Source of the DNA: an uncultured Chitinophagaceae bacterium
GTDB lineage: Bacteria; Bacteroidota; Ignavibacteria; UBA10030; UBA8401
Assembly (NCBI GenBank): GCA_964603685.1
Contig: CAZRWF010000005.1
Coordinates: 2,721-66,720 of the forward strand
DNA: 64,000 nt
Direction: 5' to 3'
Shown: piece after piece, positions 62,243 to 64,000 of the stretch
How positions within the stretch are numbered: the stretch's first letter is position 1
Layout of the letters: every line of letters starts with the position of its first letter
Notes under the pieces: model-generated
The model's database searches: none
Seen by the model: the letters and a program-made list of their open reading frames with translations, nothing else
Told to the model about the DNA's origin: nothing
Position numbers and translations under genes: made by a program

Positions 62243-64000
62243 TTAGTTCACTTTCATCGTATATTTGACCTGCCGTTTTCCGCCGGCCGCAAGTGTTGTC
62301 ACCGTGGTGACATACCCGCCCGTATGTTTTTTGATCGTTCCATACAAAGTTCCGGCCGTCGACGGATGATTCGGAATCGTCACATGATCGGAGTTGGCTG
62401 CTTCCGTTCCGGTCACGAGATCCCACAGGTACGCCGAGTTGGAGACGTTCGTCATGTTCGCATTGTTCGCGATATTGTCCTCGATGATGACGTCTTTCGC
62501 TTCACCATCCCCCGTGTTTTCGATAAGCACATAGATTGTCACGGAATCGCCCGGCATAATCGACGCTAAGCTGTTCGTGCTGACCGTATCGCCGGCCGTC
62601 GCTTGGTGAATCTTTTTCGAGCGGGTCACGACGATATTCGGCAACAGCGGATCGACTTGGCCATGGAGATTGTAATCGGTCGGGATGTTGACTGAATCGC
62701 GACGCGAGTTGACATGGTGACGGATGTGGGTGATCGCCGTGGTCAATCCGCTCGGAACCGCCATGCGGATGTACACCGTGATGCTGGCACCTTTGGCGAT
62801 CAATTTGGTGGTATTGAGATCGGCACCGCCGCCGCCGGATGCGAACAAGGAATCCTGCGAACCGCTGAACCCGGCACCGGTCACTTCATACCAGAACCGT
62901 CCGGTGCTCCACGTCCCTTGCGACGCAGTGTTATACCGTACATTAAATCCGTCCTGACCGTTGCTGTTGTTGGTAATGGTGTAAGCAAACGTCACTGTAT
63001 CGCCCGGATCGGCCGATTCGGTCGTATCGACAATGGCGATGTCGGATTGCTGCAAGAAGGATTTGAACAAGACGCTGAACGATTGCGGCGAATTCGCGAT
63101 CACGCGGGTGCGTCCGATTTTTCCGTTCGTGGAATCGTTGTAGGTAACGGATAACGTCGGTGTGCGCGTCGTTCCTTCCAGGACGCTGTGTAAATCCGCC
63201 ATCAACAGGAATAAACTGTCGGCGGAATCGGTCGTCGAGGAACCGCCGTTCGACGCCACGGTGCCGAGGTTATAGGAGCGGGACGATCCCGAACCGGACC
63301 AGTTCGTTCCGGAAGAGAACGTTTGATTCGCATCGAACGTCACGGTGATGGTGACATTCTCCGCACGGCCGGAGCCGGCGTTCGACACCGTTGCGTTGTA
63401 TCCGGTGGTCGCACCGGGACGATATCCGGCCTGACCGCGGGTGACCGACAACGTCAACTTGGATTGTTTCACGCGGGTGGTCCGTTCCACGGTGGACGAA
63501 AGAGCATTTTGGAACGAAGCGGCCACGGCGCGCGGACCGGTCGCATCGGTGTTCAGATACGTCGTATCGGTCATGTTCGCGGTGGAACGGGTAAAGAAGC
63601 TGATGACGATGTTGTTCTTGTCATACAAATATCCCGAACCGGTGCTGTCCGCTTCCGATTTGAGATACAGCTTCGCATACACGGTCGCGTTGCCGTCGTT
63701 CGTCACGGTGTCCTGAAGGACGTTTTTATTCGTGCCGAGCAGCGCTTCCGTGAGGCCGGCATTTTTGTACCAGCCGATGCTGTCCAAATACGATGCACCG
63801 CCGGTGACATTAGCCAGGAATTGAAATTTATCCTGACCGTTACCGTTGTTGGTGACCGTCATGGTGTATACGATATATCCGCCGTCGTATGCTTCGCCGC
63901 TGGACGTTCCGACGTTGAGCGTGGAAGCCGGCCGATGGGCCACGTAGACGCTGACGGAACCGTTCACGGCGGACATCGCCGAACCGTTTTTATCGTTGTA
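62243..64000 (-). CDS. Secreted multi-DUF11/CARDB-like repeat protein, C-terminal 585+ aa (5' end beyond the window)
   Basis: The reading frame stays open to the window edge (YNDKNGSAMSAVNG...). Modules such as YTMTVTNNGNGQDKFQF, YNATVSNAGSGRAENVTITV and FAYTITNNSNGQDGFNVRY. The C-terminal DUF11 module ends ...GKRQVKYTMKVN. Confidence 0.7.
   Translation of the reverse strand, partial: YNDKNGSAMSAVNGSVSVYVAHRPASTLNVGTSSGEAYDGGYIVYTMTVTNNGNGQDKFQFLANVTGGASYLDSIGWYKNAGLTEALLGTNKNVLQDTVTNDGNATVYAKLYLKSEADSTGSGYLYDKNNIVISFFTRSTANMTDTTYLNTDATGPRAVAASFQNALSSTVERTTRVKQSKLTLSVTRGQAGYRPGATTGYNATVSNAGSGRAENVTITVTFDANQTFSSGTNWSGSGSSRSYNLGTVASNGGSSTTDSADSLFLLMADLHSVLEGTTRTPTLSVTYNDSTNGKIGRTRVIANSPQSFSVLFKSFLQQSDIAIVDTTESADPGDTVTFAYTITNNSNGQDGFNVRYNTASQGTWSTGRFWYEVTGAGFSGSQDSLFASGGGGADLNTTKLIAKGASITVYIRMAVPSGLTTAITHIRHHVNSRRDSVNIPTDYNLHGQVDPLLPNIVVTRSKKIHQATAGDTVSTNSLASIMPGDSVTIYVLIENTGDGEAKDVIIEDNIANNANMTNVSNSAYLWDLVTGTEAANSDHVTIPNHPSTAGTLYGTIKKHTGGYVTTVTTLAAGGKRQVKYTMKVN

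Noticed and set aside
60200-62569. A 789-aa plus-strand ORF, the longest plus-strand ORF in the window. It spans the barrel gene, the intergenic hairpin and part of the next gene.
   Set aside because: It is antisense to two well-supported minus-strand genes. It has an Arg/His/Phe/Gly-rich low-complexity composition with no recognisable motifs, no ribosome-binding site or promoter, and it crosses an intergenic region. This is a typical shadow ORF produced by codon bias on the opposite strand.
39515-64000. The surface locus as a tRNA-Val-associated genomic island.
   Set aside because: The locus lies on the 5' side of the tRNA, whereas islands normally integrate at the 3' end. I saw no integrase, transposase or direct repeat of the tRNA 3' end. 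By eye, composition and codon style do not differ from the housekeeping part. I did not compute GC content or codon usage, so this is unsupported rather than disproved.

Overview
This 64 kb window is a very compact bacterial chromosome segment. Every feature I can support lies on the minus strand: 45 protein genes (two cut by the window edges), one tRNA-Val(GAC) and one candidate small RNA. Many neighbouring genes abut or overlap by 1-8 nt, often as ATGA. A subtilisin carries a Por/T9SS-type C-terminal sorting domain, yet promoters and ribosome-binding sites look canonical (sigma70-like, AGGAG). Together these suggest an FCB-superphylum organism, possibly Ignavibacteria-like; that is an inference from gene content only. 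Positions 1-39.6 kb are mostly housekeeping: ltaE, lnt, ispF, mutL, ftsY, purF, nadB, argD, coaE, rny, zapA, pheST, rplT-rpmI-infC and thrS. Three unusual modules are embedded in this part. (i) A set resembling the mycobacterial decaprenyl-phospho-arabinose donor pathway: a UbiA-type phosphoribosyltransferase, a PAP2 phosphatase, and DprE1-like and DprE2-like genes. It sits with DedA and EamA membrane proteins in overlapping gene chains. (ii) A cytosolic ATP-grasp ligase plus M14 carboxypeptidase pair. (iii) A promoter-led outer-membrane trio: a TPR plus CsgG-like protein, a FadL/PorV-like barrel and a small barrel. Positions 39.7-64.0 kb hold the most interesting part, a co-directional cell-surface locus that continues past the window end. 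Five secreted proteins, one of them 3368 aa, each end in the same DUF11-type module. With them are a 1045-aa putative outer-membrane barrel with N-terminal Ig-like domains and a 1579-aa DUF11/SdrD-like protein ending in an OmpA peptidoglycan-binding domain. I could recognise no known secretion or pilus-assembly machinery in the locus. I propose it as a candidate undescribed surface-fibre or adhesin assembly system. I found no mobile elements, CRISPR arrays or rRNA genes.
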